Both the position numbers and the translations under genes were made by a program. The notes under the pieces are model-generated. The model was given only the letters and a program-made list of their open reading frames with translations, had not been told where the DNA came from and did not search any database. 64,000 bases of DNA, from positions 517,716 through 581,715 of the forward strand of contig OZ243965.1 of the NCBI GenBank assembly GCA_965214655.1. Reading direction: 5' to 3'. The stretch's first letter is position 1, and each line of letters begins with the position of its first letter. Below are positions 61,472-64,000 of this stretch, piece by piece. The DNA comes from Bryobacterales bacterium (GTDB lineage Bacteria > Acidobacteriota > Terriglobia > Bryobacterales > UBA6623).

Positions 61472-64000
61472 TATTTCTCCACTTTGCGGATGCGGTGGTT
61501 GTTCCAGTCGGCGATGTAGATATTGCCGGCGGCGTCTACGTCGACGCCGCGCGGCTCGTTGATTTGGGCGGATATCGCGGCTCCGCCGTCGCCGCTGAAC
61601 CCGGCCGCGCCGGTTCCGGCAACCGTGGAGATGTCGCCGCTCGCATCGACCTTGCGGATGCGGTGGTTATCCCGGTCGGCGATGTAGACATTGCCTGCGC
61701 CGTCCACCGCAACGCCCGTTGGGTAGTTGAGCTGGGCTGAGGTCGCGGCTCCGCCGTCGCCGCTGAACCCGGCCGCGCCGGTTCCGGCAACCGTGGAGAT
61801 ATTGCCGTTCGTATCGACCTTGCGGATGCGGTGGTTACCCCAATCCACGATGAAGAGGTTGCCGGAGGCGTCCACCGCCACGCTGTGCGGGTAGTCGAAT
61901 TGGGCGGATATCGCGGCTCCGCCGTCGCCGCTGAACCCGATCTCGCCGGTTCCGGCAATCGTGGAGATGCGGCCGTTCGTATCGATCTTGCGGATGCGGT
62001 AGTTGTTGCTGTCGGCGATGAAGAGGTTGCCGGAGGCGTCCACCGCCACGCCGTGCGGGTAGCTGAGTTGGGCGGATATCGCGGCTCCGCCGTCGCCGCT
62101 GAACCCGGCCGCGCCGGTTCCGGCAATCGTGGAGATGCGGCCGTTCGTATCGACCTTGCGGATGCGGTGGTTTCTCCAATCAGCGATGAAGAGGTTGCCG
62201 GAGGCGTCCACCGCCACGGAGTCCGGGTTGTTGAGCTGGGCGGATATCGCGGCTCCGCCGTCGCCGCTGAACCCGGCCGCGCCGGTTCCGGCAACCGTGG
62301 AGATATTGCCGTTCGTATCGACCTTGCGGATGCGGTGATCGCCGTGGTCAGCGATGTAGACGTTGCCGGCGGCGTCCACCTCCACGCTGCGCGGTTCCCT
62401 GATCTGTGCGGATGTCGCGGCTCCGCCGTCGCCGCTGTAGCCGGCCGTGCCGGTTCCGGCGAGCGTGGAAATGGTCGCGGAGGCCTCGGGCGTCCGCGGA
62501 GCCCGCGGATTCTGCGGGTCGGTCCAATCGAGCGGACTGCTCGCGCTGCCGTCGAGCAGCACGACCTGATAGGCGGCGCCGGCGGCGGCGGCCGCGACGA
62601 AGTTCGCCAGCAGGTTGGGCGGCCCTGTCAGCAAGGCGTGATTGTGATCGGTCGGCGCTTGGGAGTCTTGCAGATGGTAGGGTTCGCTGCTGTCCGCGAC
62701 CGACCCCGAAGAGTTCAGCAGCGAGAACACCATCTGCGCCGAGCCGACCTTGAGGCCGATGCGCATATCGCGCTCCCAGGCCGCGCTCAGATCGTGGGCG
62801 CCGTCGTAGCCCACTTTGCCCGCTTGCGCGGTGATGTACACGATGATTCGCCGGGACGAATCTCGGACCAGGATTCGCGTCAGATAGCGGGCGGCGCTGT
62901 CGTCGAGCAGCGTCGCCGGCAGCGCCGTGTTGTCCGCCGCCCCGGAAATAAAGTCGAGTTGGCCGTCGATCTTCACCTCCAGCGACGACCCCGAGTAGCG
63001 CCAGAGCACGCCGGTCGCCGCGCCGACCGGCGCGTCGAAGACCGACTGCGTGTTGGCGGTGACGTTCACCGTGACCGAATCGGTGGCGGTGACGCCGTTC
63101 GAGTCGGTGACGGTGAGGGTGTAAGTGGTGTCGGCGGAGGGCGAGACGGAGACCGCGCCGGCGCCGGAGTTGTCGAGTGAGACGGAGAGGTTGCCGGGCT
63201 GGATGAGCGCGCTGCGGGCGTTGGAGGAGGCAGCCCGCAGGGTGGTCGATTGGCCGCGGGCGATCGACGTGTCGTCGGCGGTGAGCATCGCCGTGGGCAG
63301 GTCGCTGACGGTGACGGTGAGCGAATCGGCGGCGGTGACGTTGTTGGGGCCGGTGACGGTGAGGGTGTAGGTGGTGTCGGCGGTGGGCGAGACGGAGACC
63401 GAGCCGGCGCCGGAGTTGTCGAGTGAGACGGAGAGGTTGCCGGGCTGGATGAGCGCGCTGCGGGCGTTGGAGGAGGCAGCCCGCAGGGTGGTCGACTGAC
63501 CGCGGGTGATCGACGTGTCGTCGGCGGTGAGCATCGCCGTGGGCGGGTTGTTGACGGTGACCGTGACAGCGGCCGTCTCCAGGGAATGCCCCGCCCCTCT
63601 CGCCGTCAGCGTATAGGTCGTTGTCGCTGTCGGTCTCACCGTCACGCTGCCGGCGGCAAGCGGAGCGACCGCGCCGACTCCGTTGTCGATGCTCAAGCTG
63701 ACGGCGTTGCTCGTCTCCCACGAAAGCGTCACCGCGCCGCCGCTGACCGACGCGGCCGGCGAAGCCGTGAACGACTGAATCGAAACATCCGGCGCTACCG
63801 TAACGCTCGCTGTCGCCGGCGTCGTGCCCTTGGCGCCGGAGGCCGTCAGCGTGTACGTCGTCTCCTCTGAGGGAATCTCAATGAGATCGAATCCCGAATC
63901 CCCGCTGACTTCGATATCGCCGGGGTCGATGACCAGTTCTTCGGCGTCGGACACGCTCCAAGAGAGCCACAAAAGCACGTATTTTGCCGCCGTGAACGAA
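61471..64000 (-). CDS. Ig-like repeats + unknown domain + six-bladed NHL beta-propeller protein; 5' end beyond the window
   Basis: Frame is open to 64000; several SFTA/TTYTLTA Ig-like modules; six GDGG.A..AQ..P..V.VD..GN..IAD..NHRIRK repeats. Confidence 0.9.
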   Translation of the reverse strand, partial: SFTAAKYVLLWLSWSVSDAEELVIDPGDIEVSGDSGFDLIEIPSEETTYTLTASGAKGTTPATASVTVAPDVSIQSFTASPAASVSGGAVTLSWETSNAVSLSIDNGVGAVAPLAAGSVTVRPTATTTYTLTARGAGHSLETAAVTVTVNNPPTAMLTADDTSITRGQSTTLRAASSNARSALIQPGNLSVSLDNSGAGSVSVSPTADTTYTLTVTGPNNVTAADSLTVTVSDLPTAMLTADDTSIARGQSTTLRAASSNARSALIQPGNLSVSLDNSGAGAVSVSPSADTTYTLTVTDSNGVTATDSVTVNVTANTQSVFDAPVGAATGVLWRYSGSSLEVKIDGQLDFISGAADNTALPATLLDDSAARYLTRILVRDSSRRIIVYITAQAGKVGYDGAHDLSAAWERDMRIGLKVGSAQMVFSLLNSSGSVADSSEPYHLQDSQAPTDHNHALLTGPPNLLANFVAAAAAGAAYQVVLLDGSASSPLDWTDPQNPRAPRTPEASATISTLAGTGTAGYSGDGGAATSAQIREPRSVEVDAAGNVYIADHGDHRIRKVDTNGNISTVAGTGAAGFSGDGGAAISAQLNNPDSVAVDASGNLFIADWRNHRIRKVDTNGRISTIAGTGAAGFSGDGGAAISAQLSYPHGVAVDASGNLFIADSNNYRIRKIDTNGRISTIAGTGEIGFSGDGGAAISAQFDYPHSVAVDASGNLFIVDWGNHRIRKVDTNGNISTVAGTGAAGFSGDGGAATSAQLNYPTGVAVDGAGNVYIADRDNHRIRKVDASGDISTVAGTGAAGFSGDGGAAISAQINEPRGVDVDAAGNIYIADWNNHRIRKVEK
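61474..62480 (-). repeat. Six 168-bp NHL coding repeats
   Basis: CTCCGCCGTC recurs at 61581, 61749 and 61917 (168-bp period). Confidence 0.92.
63054..63545 (-). repeat. Tandem 246-bp duplication of an Ig-like module
   Basis: CATCGCCGTGGGC at 63286 and 63532; near-identical PTAMLTADDTSI...TVT modules. Confidence 0.9.

Noticed and set aside
61474-63545. CRISPR array
   Set aside because: The repeats are 168- and 246-bp in-frame coding units with no unique spacers, and there are no cas genes.

Overview
High-GC bacterial chromosome segment. The gene complement (Acidobacteria-type ClpC N-terminus, DUF1501/PSD1 pair, Sec-exported Rhs) suggests an Acidobacterium, possibly Bryobacterales-like; this is inference. 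The backbone is mostly housekeeping: apt-ispE-prs-rplY-pth-rpsF-rpsR-rplI, uvrC, moeB-like, BamA/TamA-SurA-TamB, pyrE, clpC, xylB-plsC-folC-accD. Three accessory zones stand out. (1) A type IIG restriction-modification gene runs off the left edge. (2) An island at ~30.1-35.2 kb carries a secreted HEAT-like protein, an ISAzo13-family IS abutting an IS5 at one shared CTAA site, and an rmuC fragment. (3) A decayed locus from ~53.6 kb to the right edge encodes an Ig-like/unknown-domain/NHL-propeller protein, a translationally coupled tail-fibre-like fragment, a Tat-like LolA-fold candidate and a signal-peptide Rhs/YD-shell protein. The rhs gene is broken by an in-frame TAA plus IS insertion, a frameshift and deletions; the adjacent NHL and YD genes resemble a split teneurin-like architecture. 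A near-consensus sigma70 promoter followed by a ~210-nt multi-hairpin region (8604-8816) is the best candidate for an unannotated RNA. No tRNA, rRNA or CRISPR array was recognised.
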